DNA of 64,000 bases from Eubacteriales bacterium (GTDB lineage Bacteria; Bacillota; Clostridia; Oscillospirales; CAG-272), in contig JAZOVV010000039.1 of NCBI GenBank assembly GCA_045658925.1, forward strand, positions 2,621 to 66,620. Reading direction: 5' to 3'. The notes under the pieces were generated by a model. The model searched no databases, was not told where the DNA came from, and saw only the letters and a list, made by a program, of their open reading frames with translations. A program made the translations under genes and the position numbers. Positions 1-9,147 of the stretch are shown here, one piece after another (position 1 is the first letter of the stretch; each line of letters opens with the position of its first letter).

Positions 1-2
1 CG

Positions 3-131
3 CGAAAGAAAATGCATCCTGCCACCGCGGACCTCTTGGAAGAGTGGCTCATGCTTCTTTCCAAAAAAGGAGAAAAAGAGGCCTTTGCACACATCAAAAG
101 CATAAAAAACAATACAAAGTATGGTGAATAA
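3..131 (+). CDS. 3' end of an unidentified gene entering from the left edge
   Basis: Frame 3 is open from the window edge to TAA 129-131 (...LLEEWLMLLSKKGEKEAFAHIKSIKNNTKYGE*). A long hairpin follows 8 nt later. Too short to name. Confidence 0.35.
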   Translation, partial: RKKMHPATADLLEEWLMLLSKKGEKEAFAHIKSIKNNTKYGE

Positions 132-138
132 AATATTA

Positions 139-215
139 GGACCGCCGAGGACGCCGGTCTCTACAAGGCAAATGTTACTTTTGTAGAGACCGGCCTCCCG
201 GACGGTCCGTTTTTA
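139..215. terminator. Long imperfect hairpin, likely bidirectional terminator between convergent genes
   Basis: ggaccgccgaggacgccggtctctacaa (139-166) pairs with ttgtagagaccggcctcccggacggtcc (181-208). The core gccggtctctacaa/ttgtagagaccggc is perfect. A T-run follows on the + strand. Confidence 0.6.
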
Positions 216-216
216 T

Positions 217-2223
217 TTATTCTTTTTCGTCAACCAGAAGATACAAGGTGTATTTCCAAGTTTCGCACTCGTAGGTAGGTTTGCCCGAGAATTGTCCGAG
301 CTTGGAGAGATAGATCTCCAAGGTTCCTGCTTCGCAGTCCTCTAAAATGCAGAAGTTGGAAAGCTGTACCTTTTCGCTCTCACCTGTTTTGCGTGTGTCA
401 ATCAGCACCGTACTTTCGCGAATCGCCAAGCCCGTTTCGGGATTGATCTCAATCAAATAGAGAGGGAAGCGCGGGAAAGCACCGTTGACCTCAGCTTTGG
501 AGCAAGCATTGCCGATCCAATAAAGCTTTCCTGTGACCTCGCTCTTTACCACTTGACAAATCGAGGCAGGGGAATAAACGATCTCTCCATCCTCATAGCA
601 CCAAGGCTTGGGTTCGGAAAAGGTCTTTCCACCATCCTCGGAGATTGTGTAGTATTTGCAAGCAGGAGCGTTGGGGTCGAGGCGGTAAGTCCAACCCGAA
701 ACCTTATCCGTAGATGTGCGGAAGATGCAAAAGATTCTTCCGTCGGGCAGTTCTGCAAACATCGGTTCCGAAATTCCGCGTGTCGAAAGGGTATCGTCCA
801 TAATAATGGGTTCGGAATAGGTGATGTCATATTGCTCTGTATCAGCGTTCCAAACACCGCGTGCCACCAAAAGTGCCCAAGCGTGACCAAGCCCACCCGT
901 GGTGGGGAATACCTCTTGCAGATCCAATCCTGCAATCTCGCAAGCCGTGTTTACGGGAATACAAAGATTGAACAAAATATCACCGTTTGAAAGAACGATT
1001 AGCGCCGATCCACGCGAAATATTGGTGGTCAAATAATCGGTTGTACGGTAGGTCTCGCGACTGTAATCGGCACCTTCCTCATATTTTACAAGAACGCGCT
1101 CAAGTGCGGTTCCGTCTGTATTTTCAATCATCAAAAAGCTATGCATGGGGCGCGTATATCCTGCCCAATAATGTGCCTCGGTTGCCGCATAACCGTCAAT
1201 GTAAATGAACTGACATTGCAGACTTACAAAATGACCGATAACAGGGTTGTATACGTGTTGAGCGTTTTGATAACCGAGATTTTCATCGATTTCGTCATTG
1301 CCAACCGGCTCGCGCGCAGGCAAAGGCTCGCGCACCCACTCTGTCCAAGTTTTGCCGTTGTCATAGCTATAACGGTATTCACGATAGTCGGCAGTGTCGT
1401 CCTGCGATTGAAATTCCTTTACTTCTTTTCGCACGGTGCCCGCGGCATCCAAATAATATTGCAAACGTTTTTCTGCAACACCCGTGCCGGTGGCAGGAAC
1501 AATCAATTCTTTTTCCACTAAAATCGGGTTGGTAGGGGTTCCTTCAGGCATTGTTACCTCCGAATGTATAATTTCATAAGCGGCAATCTCAAACAAGCGC
1601 AGCTCCTTGCCACCCGTTGTGAGAGAAGAGTTCACAGCGCCGAGCTTTGCTTTGAACACAACGGTATCACCGAGTTGAATGGATCCTTGTGCGCTACCGT
1701 TCAAATAACCGCCCGCTATCGAAACGTAAAGCCCCTCTGCAATTCTTGCTCTTGCAAAGCCGTCGGGGTTTACTTGATTGTCAAGTGTGAGCTCTACGTA
1801 GTAGTATTCGCTACTGTATTTGCCTTTTTCATAGGACATGCCGATTTCAATTGCTTCTTCTACGGGAGTCAAAAGACTCTCACCGCAAATGGAACATGCA
1901 TATCCATCCCCTTTAATGTGTTCGTGCTCCTCGGGAGTGGTTACTTCGGGAGTAGTTTCCTCGGGGGTAGTCTCTTCAGGAGTAGTCTCCTCAGGAGTAG
2001 TCACTTCAGGAGTAGTCACTTCAGGAGTAGTCTCTTTAGGAGTCGTTTCTTCGGGAGTAGTCACCTCGGGAGCAGTCACCTCGGGAGTAGTTTCTTCGGG
2101 AGTAGTCACCTCGGGGGCCGGAGAAACCGGTTTGTTTTGATTGCAGGACGTGAAAAACAGTGTATTTCCCAATAAAATTAAGCATAAACACAGAAGAAAA
2201 TAAATGATTTTTTTCATAATCAA
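217..2223 (-). CDS. Secreted (lipo)protein: signal peptide, T-T-P-E-E/V repeat linker, BNR/Asp-box sialidase-superfamily beta-propeller
   Basis: 668-aa ORF. N-terminus is MKKIIYFLLCLCLILLGNTLFFTSC (signal peptide with lipobox-like Cys27). About 13 five-residue TTPEE/V units follow. Asp-box-like motifs SYDNGKTW and SEDGGKTF. A consensus sigmaA promoter lies upstream. Confidence 0.85.
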   Translation of the reverse strand: MIMKKIIYFLLCLCLILLGNTLFFTSCNQNKPVSPAPEVTTPEETTPEVTAPEVTTPEETTPKETTPEVTTPEVTTPEETTPEETTPEETTPEVTTPEEHEHIKGDGYACSICGESLLTPVEEAIEIGMSYEKGKYSSEYYYVELTLDNQVNPDGFARARIAEGLYVSIAGGYLNGSAQGSIQLGDTVVFKAKLGAVNSSLTTGGKELRLFEIAAYEIIHSEVTMPEGTPTNPILVEKELIVPATGTGVAEKRLQYYLDAAGTVRKEVKEFQSQDDTADYREYRYSYDNGKTWTEWVREPLPAREPVGNDEIDENLGYQNAQHVYNPVIGHFVSLQCQFIYIDGYAATEAHYWAGYTRPMHSFLMIENTDGTALERVLVKYEEGADYSRETYRTTDYLTTNISRGSALIVLSNGDILFNLCIPVNTACEIAGLDLQEVFPTTGGLGHAWALLVARGVWNADTEQYDITYSEPIIMDDTLSTRGISEPMFAELPDGRIFCIFRTSTDKVSGWTYRLDPNAPACKYYTISEDGGKTFSEPKPWCYEDGEIVYSPASICQVVKSEVTGKLYWIGNACSKAEVNGAFPRFPLYLIEINPETGLAIRESTVLIDTRKTGESEKVQLSNFCILEDCEAGTLEIYLSKLGQFSGKPTYECETWKYTLYLLVDEKE
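1927..2118 (-). repeat. In-frame tandem repeat, ~13 units of 15 bp encoding T-T-P-E-E/V
   Basis: Residues 36-99 read APEVT TPEET TPEVT APEVT TPEET TPKET TPEVT ... A 15-nt periodicity (ggagtagtcacttca / ggagtagtctcctca variants) is visible on the + strand. Confidence 0.9.
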
Positions 2224-2249
2224 TACCCCATATCTTGCATTACAAGTTT

Positions 2250-2278
2250 ATTATAGCATGCCGACTAACAAAAGTCAA
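2250..2278 (-). promoter_or_regulatory. sigmaA-type promoter of the repeat lipoprotein gene
   Basis: Minus strand reads TTGACT-17 nt-TATAAT with a TGc extended -10 (ttgacttttgttagtcggcatgctataat). Confidence 0.65.
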
Positions 2279-2324
2279 TAAAAAACGCATGTGCAAAAAC
2301 GATTATGTAAAAAAGAAAATATGA

Positions 2325-2355
2325 GAGGGGGAACCTCTTTTAAGAAGTTCCCCTC
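2325..2355 (-). terminator. Rho-independent terminator of the zinc-ribbon membrane protein gene
   Basis: gagggggaac...gttcccctc hairpin. A T-rich run follows on the minus strand (tcatattttctttttt). Confidence 0.6.
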
Positions 2356-2363
2356 ACACAAAA

Positions 2364-2780
2364 TCATGTCTCTTTTTCGATTCTATCCTTGCAACGCGTG
2401 CAAATGACCACAATCGAGCCCTTGCCCTTGGGCACACGCAGGACGGCTTTGCACTTTTTACACTTAAAATAAACGTGCGTTTTGCGGTCACGCCAAATGT
2501 TGCGGCGGAGCTTGAAGAAATTTGCGATGCCGTTTTTGATTTTGAGGTAACGGTCAAGCTCGCGGCGACGCTTGTCAAAACGCCGTGAAAAGGTGCGGAA
2601 AAGCGACCAAATCATTACGGCAAGTGCCAAAAGGTACACGGGGCCAAGGTACGGTATCCACGAGATGACCATCAAAATCAGCGCCAGAATGAGCAAAAAC
2701 TTTGTTAGTGCATCGTTGCCGTATCTCCCATACATAAAGGACGAAATCTTATATCCCAATCTTTCAAAAAAGCCTCGCAT
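2364..2780 (-). CDS. Small membrane protein with C-terminal zinc-ribbon (function unknown)
   Basis: 138 aa. Two hydrophobic helices (LLILALILMVISWIPYLGPVYLLALAVMIWSLF), then CKKC...CTRC (two CxxC pairs). Flanked by its own extended -10 and terminator. Confidence 0.7.
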   Translation of the reverse strand: MRGFFERLGYKISSFMYGRYGNDALTKFLLILALILMVISWIPYLGPVYLLALAVMIWSLFRTFSRRFDKRRRELDRYLKIKNGIANFFKLRRNIWRDRKTHVYFKCKKCKAVLRVPKGKGSIVVICTRCKDRIEKET

Positions 2781-2867
2781 CGTAATGAAAAACTCCTTTA
2801 ATAAAACTTTCTATCCTATTATATCACCCCAAAGTGGAACTTTATGTGACGACCAACTGAAAAAATA

Positions 2868-2893
2868 GGGAAGCGAACCAAAGTTCGCTTCCC
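2868..2893 (-). terminator. Terminator after pheT
   Basis: gggaagcgaac-N4-gttcgcttccc hairpin with T-runs on both sides, 15 nt downstream of the pheT stop. Confidence 0.75.
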
Positions 2894-2908
2894 AAATTTG
2901 TTTTTTGA

Positions 2909-5311
2909 TTAGTTTCTAAGCTCCAGACCCATCTTGAACTTGAGGTCATTGAGAATCTTCTTGGAAACCTTGTCTGCCTCTTCAACGGTGAGCGTGCGGT
3001 CGGATGCGCGCAAAGTAACACGCAAAGATACCGACTTTTTGCCTTCACCTACTTGAGGACCGCGGTAAATGTCGAACAGAGCAACGCTTTCAACAAGCTT
3101 GCCGCCTGCCTTTGCCATAACGCCCTCAATAGCGCCAACTTCCATATCCTCGTCACAAACAAAGGAGAAGTCGCGGGTGGTTGCGGGGTACTTGGGCAGA
3201 GGCTTGTAAGACTTTTTGGTGTTTGCATTGGCAAAGATTTCGTCAAATGCAAGCTCCGCAATATAAACGGGAACGTTCATGCCGTAGTTTTCAGCCATCA
3301 GAGGATGTGCCTGACCGAAGATGCCGAGCACGATGCCGTCCTCGGTGGTGATGGTTGCACATCTGCCGGGATGGTAAGAGGGATTGGTGGAGCAAGAGGT
3401 GTAGGTTACACCCTTAATGCCTGCGAGCTTGAGAATATTCTCGCAAATGCCCTTGATAGCATAAAAATCGATATTGCCATAAGCACCAACGGTGAGAACT
3501 CTCTTTTCATCAGGCAGTTCGTTTGCCGCCTCGTGGGGAAGATAAATGGAAGCAATTTCAAACAAACGAACGTTCTCATTGTTAAAGTTGTAGTTACGGG
3601 CAACGGTCTCCATCATCGAGGGGAGCGCGGTGGTACGCATAACGCTTGTATCCTCACCCAAGGGGTTGGAAATAACAACCGAGCGACGCAGAGCACTGTC
3701 TTCTGCCATACGAATTTTATCGTAATATTTGGGGCTAATGAAGGAGAAGGTGTGGATTTGAGAAAGTCCCATACCAACCAGAGCCGCTTCGGTATCAAGC
3801 TCGAATACCTGCTTGTCGGTACGACCGCCAAGAGTGGTCTCTGCGTTCATATAAGAGGATTCAATCTTATCGTAGCCGTAAATGCGGCAAACTTCCTCGG
3901 CGATGTCGTTCATGCAGCCAAGGTCAGCGCGGAAGGAAGGAACAATAATCTTGCCGTCCTCAATTTTGCAGCCAAGACCTGTCAGGGTATTTACCATGTG
4001 CTCCTCGGGAATGTTCATGCCAAGGAACTCATTGTATCTTGCGGGAGTAAAGGGAAGAACAACGGTCTCGTTCTTGGTGGGGTAAACGTCAATGATGCCG
4101 TCAACGACCTCACCTGCACCAAGGAGCTCTACGAGCTCGCAAGCGCGCTCAAGACCTGCCATGCAATTCTCGGGGTCAAGACCCTTTTCAAAACGAGCAG
4201 AAGACTCGGTACGCATACCGTTCTTCTTTGCGGTAACGCGAACAGATGCGCCGTTGAAGCAAGCGGATTCAAACACAACGGTTGCAGTGCCGTCGGTAAT
4301 TTCGGAGTTTGCACCGCCCATAACGCCGGCCAGAGCGCAAGCCTTCTTGCTGTCAGCGATGACAAGCATAGAACTATCCAACGTATGGTCGATATCGTCA
4401 AGAGACTTGAAGCACTCACCGTCAGCCGCGCGGCGAACGTCGATTTGAGCACCCTCAAGTTGGGTGTAATCGAATGCGTGCATAGGTTGACCGTACTCAA
4501 GCATTACGTAGTTGGTAATGTCAACGATGTTGTTGATGGGGCGAACGCCCGATGCGCGCAGACGCATACGCATCCAAAGGGGAGAGGGGGCAATCTTAAC
4601 GTTCTTAACCACTCTTGCCGCATAGCGGTAGCAGAGGTCGGGAGCAGAAATGCCAACGTTGAGATAATTTTCAATCTTGTCGCCGTCGCCACAGCCCTTT
4701 ACAACGGGGGTGGAGAGCTTGAGTTCGCGGTCAAAGGAGACAGCGGTCTCACGCGCAAGACCGATAACAGAGAGACAGTCGGGGCGGTTTGAGGTGATTT
4801 CGAACTCAACACAAGTGTCGTTCAGCATCAAAACGTCGCGAATGTCGGCACCGAGCTTATCTGCACAGTCCTCATCGAGGATGAGAATGCCGTTTTCTTC
4901 CTTACCGGGGCACTCGTGTGCGGTGAGCTTCAATTCACCCATCGAGCAGAGCATACCAAAGGAGTCAACTCCGCGCAATTTACCTGCCTTGATGGTGATG
5001 TCACCGGGCAGCTTTGCTACGGGGAGAGCCGCAGGAACAAGCGCGCCAACAAATACGTTTTGCGCACCGGTTACAATTTGAATATCGGAACCCTTGTCGC
5101 CTGCATCGAGCTTGCAAATCCACAAATGGTCGGAGTCGGGGTGCTTTTCCATAGCGGTGACCTTTGCCACAACTACGTTCTCAATGTCGTCGCCAAGAAC
5201 CTCAAAGCCCTCAACCTTGGAGCCGGTAATGGTCAGGCGATCGCTGTATTCTTTATTGCTGATGTCGCTAACGTCAACAAAATCAGCAAGCCAATTTCTC
5301 GAAAGATTCAT
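2909..5311 (-). CDS. pheT: Phenylalanine--tRNA ligase beta subunit
   Basis: 800 aa, the size and layout of bacterial PheT. N-terminus MNLSRNWLADFVDV is the typical PheT start, followed by a tRNA-binding-domain-like region. Lies 13 nt downstream of pheS. Confidence 0.95.
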   Translation of the reverse strand: MNLSRNWLADFVDVSDISNKEYSDRLTITGSKVEGFEVLGDDIENVVVAKVTAMEKHPDSDHLWICKLDAGDKGSDIQIVTGAQNVFVGALVPAALPVAKLPGDITIKAGKLRGVDSFGMLCSMGELKLTAHECPGKEENGILILDEDCADKLGADIRDVLMLNDTCVEFEITSNRPDCLSVIGLARETAVSFDRELKLSTPVVKGCGDGDKIENYLNVGISAPDLCYRYAARVVKNVKIAPSPLWMRMRLRASGVRPINNIVDITNYVMLEYGQPMHAFDYTQLEGAQIDVRRAADGECFKSLDDIDHTLDSSMLVIADSKKACALAGVMGGANSEITDGTATVVFESACFNGASVRVTAKKNGMRTESSARFEKGLDPENCMAGLERACELVELLGAGEVVDGIIDVYPTKNETVVLPFTPARYNEFLGMNIPEEHMVNTLTGLGCKIEDGKIIVPSFRADLGCMNDIAEEVCRIYGYDKIESSYMNAETTLGGRTDKQVFELDTEAALVGMGLSQIHTFSFISPKYYDKIRMAEDSALRRSVVISNPLGEDTSVMRTTALPSMMETVARNYNFNNENVRLFEIASIYLPHEAANELPDEKRVLTVGAYGNIDFYAIKGICENILKLAGIKGVTYTSCSTNPSYHPGRCATITTEDGIVLGIFGQAHPLMAENYGMNVPVYIAELAFDEIFANANTKKSYKPLPKYPATTRDFSFVCDEDMEVGAIEGVMAKAGGKLVESVALFDIYRGPQVGEGKKSVSLRVTLRASDRTLTVEEADKVSKKILNDLKFKMGLELRN

Positions 5312-5324
5312 AGTTTACCTCCTA

Positions 5325-6338
5325 TTAGAACTGTTCCAGAAAACGCTCGTCGTTTTCATAGAAGAGGCGAATGTCGTCAATGCCGTATCTTGCCATGGTG
5401 ATACGCTCAATGCCAAGACCAAAAGCAAAGCCGGAGTATTCTTCGGGGTCAATGCCACAGTTGGAGAGTACGAAGGGGTGTACCATACCGGCACCGAGGA
5501 TTTCGATCCAACCCTCGCCCTTGCACAAACGGCAGCCCTTACCGCCGCAAACAAAGCAGGAGACGTCAACCTCTGCAGAGGGCTCGGTGAAGGGGAAGTG
5601 GTGAGGACGGAAACGAATTTGCGTGCTGTCACCAAACATCTTCTTTGCAAATACTTCAAGCGTGCCCTTCAAATCACCCATCGTAATGCCCTTGTCGATA
5701 ACAAGACCCTCAAGCTGATGGAACAGAGGAGAGTGCGTAGCATCCAGAGCATCGGAGCGGTAAACGCGACCGGGAGAGATGATGCGAATGGGGGGCTTTT
5801 GATGCTCCATAACGCGAACCTGAACGGGAGAGGTTTGAGAACGAAGCAGAATGTTCTCGGTAATATAGAAGGTATCCTGCGTGTCGCGTGCGGGATGATT
5901 TTCGGGAATGTTGAGTGCTTGGAAGTTGTAGTAATCAAGCTCAACCTCGGGACCTTCGGCAATCGAGAAGCCCATACCGATAAAGATATCTTCAAGCTCT
6001 CTTTGTGCGCGAGTCAGGGGATGGATATGACCTACGGGAGCGGGCGTTCCGGGCATGGTAACGTCAAGCTTTTCTGCCTTGAGTTGAGCCTCAAGAGCCT
6101 TTGCTTGTTGTTCGGTCTTTTTTGCGTTGAGGGCGGCCTCAATAGCCTCGCGAACCTCATTTGCAAGCTGACCGACTACGGGGCGTTCCTCGGGAGTGAG
6201 TGCACCCATACCGCGCAAAACGGCAGTCAATTCGCCTTTTTTACCAAGGTATTTAATCTTGATTTCCTCAAGGTTTGCGTCGGGAGCATTGATCTGCTCG
6301 AGCGCTTCCACTTGAATTTTTGAAAGCTTTTCTTTCAT
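5325..6338 (-). CDS. pheS: Phenylalanine--tRNA ligase alpha subunit
   Basis: Class II aaRS motifs ([33 protein letters not shown]). I place the start at ATG 6338 (MKEKLSKIQ...), not the track start at 6404. Confidence 0.95.
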   Translation of the reverse strand: MKEKLSKIQVEALEQINAPDANLEEIKIKYLGKKGELTAVLRGMGALTPEERPVVGQLANEVREAIEAALNAKKTEQQAKALEAQLKAEKLDVTMPGTPAPVGHIHPLTRAQRELEDIFIGMGFSIAEGPEVELDYYNFQALNIPENHPARDTQDTFYITENILLRSQTSPVQVRVMEHQKPPIRIISPGRVYRSDALDATHSPLFHQLEGLVIDKGITMGDLKGTLEVFAKKMFGDSTQIRFRPHHFPFTEPSAEVDVSCFVCGGKGCRLCKGEGWIEILGAGMVHPFVLSNCGIDPEEYSGFAFGLGIERITMARYGIDDIRLFYENDERFLEQF

Positions 6339-6383
6339 TTTAATATATCTTCCTTTCCAAATGATTACAAAGTTAGGATGGCA

Positions 6384-6640
6384 ACAAAAAAAGCGCCGTC
6401 CCACAAATCAGGACGAGGCGCAAAATGCACACCGCGGTACCACCCGAATTTTCGGCTCAAAGCCAACACTCTGAAAGGCCTGTAACGGTGCCTTGCCGTA
6501 TCGGGTTACAAGCATGCGCGTTAGCCCGATCTGCTCCAAAGGGAAATGCACAACTCAAAGATTATGTATCACTCTCAGCTATGTGACACTCTCTGTAAAA
6601 ACCCAAATTCGAGTTGGCGAACTTTATCATCGCATTCTGT
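6384..6640 (-). promoter_or_regulatory. T-box riboswitch leader (transcription attenuator) of pheST
   Basis: The minus strand carries the T-box consensus AAATTCGGGTGGTACCGCGG (rc of 6432-6451). Stem-I-like AGAGAG and GCTGAGAGT segments are present. A terminator gcgcctcgtcc-N9-ggacggcgc plus T7 (6384-6421) sits directly 3' of the T-box sequence. The whole leader lies between a sigmaA promoter and pheS. Confidence 0.85.
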
Positions 6641-6645
6641 ATGAC

Positions 6646-6674
6646 ATTATATCACACTTTTTTGCCGTTTGCAA
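6646..6674 (-). promoter_or_regulatory. sigmaA-type promoter of the pheST T-box leader
   Basis: Minus strand reads TTGCAA-17 nt-TATAAT with a TGa extended -10 (ttgcaaacggcaaaaaagtgtgatataat). Confidence 0.7.
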
Positions 6675-6726
6675 GAGTTTTTTTGAAAAAACACAAAGAT
6701 ATTTATAATAATGTAGAAAACAAAGC

Positions 6727-6763
6727 TCAAAAAAGAGGGCGCTGTGTCAAGTGACACAGCGCC
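6727..6763 (-). terminator. Terminator after the substrate-binding protein gene
   Basis: ggcgctgtgtca/tgacacagcgcc inverted repeat (6738-6763), followed on the minus strand by ctctttttt. Confidence 0.75.
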
Positions 6764-6777
6764 GGTTGTTGTTGTTT

Positions 6778-8970
6778 TTAGTTTGCGGAGTAGTCAGCAC
6801 CAATGTCATCCCAGTTCACTTCAGGGAAGCTTGCAAAAATAGAGGTAAGCTTGCCTTGCTTGCTGATATAGGTGTAATCCAAGTAGTCCTTAAGCATAGT
6901 ATCCGTAAAGATGTCCGCAACGTAGTAGTCAGAGGTCATCTTAGTCAATGTCTTTGCATCGTAAGCGGATGCGTGTTGATTGAATACTACAGGGATAACG
7001 GGCATATCGGTCAGGAGAAGCTCTTCTGCCTTGTGGAGCAGGGTTGCCTTTTGGTTCTTCCACTCTTTCACTTCGGTTGTGGGAGTAATGCCGTTTGCAT
7101 CGTAAATAGCCTTTACTGTATCGTAAACAGCTTGGAATTCTTCCTTTGTATCATAAATACCGAGGAAATCGCTGCTGGTTTCACGGTTGAGGCTTGCAAA
7201 GTAGGGAACGTAGTAGATAGCTTCCATCAGGTTGTTGTACTCTGTGCTGTCATAGCCTGTGCGGTGAGGTTCGAGAATGTAGTTTTCCATATCATACTTC
7301 ATACCTGCAAAGGATTTTGCAAAGCCGGAAAGAACAGAGAAAGCATCGGGAGAGAATGCGGTATAGTCAAATGCGATAACCTCATAGGTCTTGCGGGTAA
7401 GCGTTTCAACAAACAAGTCGTCGCAAATATCCGTCATAACGGGGTTTTCGTCCTTAGCGATTGCCTTAAGGATATCGTTGTTTTCAATGGGCTTGATCTT
7501 GTTAACGGTAACGTCAAAGCCGAGCTTATTCCAAGCTTCCGCAACCATTTCAGCGGCAATAATATTGGCTTCGTCATAACGGGCTACGTTGATAGAGAAG
7601 GAATATGCAAAAGCATTGATGCCTGCCTTGGAGAGCAGTTCCTTTGCAGCCTTGAGGTCGGCGGTAGAGGAAATCATATCATTGTTTGCATGATCGCGGA
7701 ACATTTCGGCTTCATCGGTAAAGAAGAGGAATGTCTTTTTGCTGGCGCCCGCTTCAAATACGCCGTTGGGAACGATACCGGTTGCTGCCTTCGCGTAAAC
7801 AAGGGCATTTGCAATTGCGGTACGGTCGATTGCAAGGGAAAGTGCTTGGCGTACATCCTTGTTCGCAAACAGCTTTTCATCGTTGATAACAGCATCTTGG
7901 TTAAGGTAGAGCGAGAAGGTCGACATAGAGTCGGTAACCTTAGCACTTTGGTTAACGGTGCTATCGGAGTTTGTACGCAGCGAGCAGGGAATGTTGCCGG
8001 CGTAGAAGATGTGGTTGTTTGCAAACTCGGATTCCAATTCTTCCGCGCTCATCATGCAGTTAACGAGCAAGCGGTGAGGCGTAACGGATTTATCAATCTT
8101 ATCTTCTTCGGGATCGCGATAGTAGTAGCTGTTGCGCTCCAATACGAAGTAGGAAAGTCTCTTTGCCAAATTGTTGCTCTTGGGGGTCATTTGCTTGCCC
8201 CACTCGTCCAATACGTAATCGTCATAGATGTAATCCATGAGGCTTACACCCTCAAAGGTCTTGGGGTCGATCTCGGTGTTGTAATCATCCTTGCTTACGT
8301 ATACGTAACGGGTTTTGCTGAGCTTGAAAGGACCGCTGCAGATCATAGTAGCACCCTTCTTAGCCCAGTCAGCATCCTTTTCGATGTGGCTCTCGGGCAG
8401 GGGAGCGGTTGCAACGCTTGTCAGGTTCAAAAGGAATGCTTCAACGTCAATGGCACCTTCAAAGTAGACGGTAAGCATCCTAGAGGTGTTTGCTTCAACG
8501 CCAAGGTCGTCAATCGAAACGTCGCCTTCTTTTACGGCGCGTGCATTCTTAACGTCAAACAAAAGGGAAGCAGCCTCAAAGCTGTTCTTCGGGTTGAGCA
8601 GACGCTTCCAGGTATACACTACGTTATCGGTAGTGATGGGGTCTTTATTGCTCCAGCAGGTATCCTTAAGAACGATTACCATTTTGTATTCGTTCTTTTC
8701 GGGATTTTCTATGTACTCATAGGAATCAACCAATGCTTTTTGAATGAGACCCTTGCTGTCCAGCTTGAACAGGGTTTCAAACATCAAGCTTACAATATTG
8801 AGTGTGCCCGAGTTGTAATATGCATAGGCAGGGTCAAAATTGTAAATCTCGTCAGCCATGTACATGGTGATCATGGGGCCAAAGTCGTTCTCGTCGCGCT
8901 TTGCGCAGGCAGAGAGGACAGGAACCATCATCAAGAGACACAAAAGGAGTGCAATGATTTTTTTGAGCAT
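6778..8970 (-). CDS. ABC-transporter substrate-binding lipoprotein, family 5 (oligopeptide/dipeptide/nickel type)
   Basis: Start taken at ATG 8970 with a GGAGG SD. Signal/lipobox is MLKKIIALLLCLLMMVPVLSAC. The 730-aa mature region resembles OppA/DppA-type SBPs. No permease or ATPase genes are adjacent. Confidence 0.8.
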   Translation of the reverse strand: MLKKIIALLLCLLMMVPVLSACAKRDENDFGPMITMYMADEIYNFDPAYAYYNSGTLNIVSLMFETLFKLDSKGLIQKALVDSYEYIENPEKNEYKMVIVLKDTCWSNKDPITTDNVVYTWKRLLNPKNSFEAASLLFDVKNARAVKEGDVSIDDLGVEANTSRMLTVYFEGAIDVEAFLLNLTSVATAPLPESHIEKDADWAKKGATMICSGPFKLSKTRYVYVSKDDYNTEIDPKTFEGVSLMDYIYDDYVLDEWGKQMTPKSNNLAKRLSYFVLERNSYYYRDPEEDKIDKSVTPHRLLVNCMMSAEELESEFANNHIFYAGNIPCSLRTNSDSTVNQSAKVTDSMSTFSLYLNQDAVINDEKLFANKDVRQALSLAIDRTAIANALVYAKAATGIVPNGVFEAGASKKTFLFFTDEAEMFRDHANNDMISSTADLKAAKELLSKAGINAFAYSFSINVARYDEANIIAAEMVAEAWNKLGFDVTVNKIKPIENNDILKAIAKDENPVMTDICDDLFVETLTRKTYEVIAFDYTAFSPDAFSVLSGFAKSFAGMKYDMENYILEPHRTGYDSTEYNNLMEAIYYVPYFASLNRETSSDFLGIYDTKEEFQAVYDTVKAIYDANGITPTTEVKEWKNQKATLLHKAEELLLTDMPVIPVVFNQHASAYDAKTLTKMTSDYYVADIFTDTMLKDYLDYTYISKQGKLTSIFASFPEVNWDDIGADYSAN

Positions 8971-9086
8971 GGTAAAAACCTCCTCTTTTTGAAAGAAAAT
9001 AAACCTTCGTGCTACAAGCACGCAATATACCTCTATATTATATACTATTTTTAATCACTTTTCAATAGGTTTTCGCTATTTTTAAT

Positions 9087-9116
9087 GTATATTTTGTTAA
9101 TTTTTTCTGCAAATTA
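9087..9116 (+). promoter_or_regulatory. Candidate forespore (sigmaG/sigmaF-type) promoter of gpr
   Basis: GTATA-18 nt-CAAATTA, against the recalled B. subtilis sigmaG consensus GHATR-N18-CATxHTA (one mismatch). Lies 32 nt upstream of the gpr ATG. Confidence 0.35.
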
Positions 9117-9147
9117 AGTATAAAACAGCATCAAAAGAGGGAAGAAA

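Noticed and set aside
1927-2118. Regular 15-bp repeats here and at 63103-63387 as possible CRISPR or other non-coding arrays
   Set aside because: There are no spacers, the period is far too short, and both tracts are in frame inside well-supported ORFs, encoding TTPEE/V and KAPAA peptide repeats.
5325-6404. Track-reported N-terminal extensions of real genes: pheS to 6404, SBP to 9021, spoIIP from 10040, MFS from 15020, methyltransferase to 18021, spoIVA from 23331, M18 from 28564, glnS to 36526, dnaJ from 45934, frr from 48882, nnr from 60223, secG from 61837
   Set aside because: In each case an internal ATG/GTG/TTG preceded by a good SD gives the N-terminus typical of the family. The extension runs through promoter, leader or upstream-gene sequence.
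6751-9054. 767-aa + strand ORF, the second-longest in the track
   Set aside because: It is the exact antisense shadow of the substrate-binding protein gene (6778-8970, minus). It has no SD. Its Val/Cys/Gly/Phe-rich composition is meaningless, while the minus-strand product has a lipoprotein signal and SBP-like sequence.
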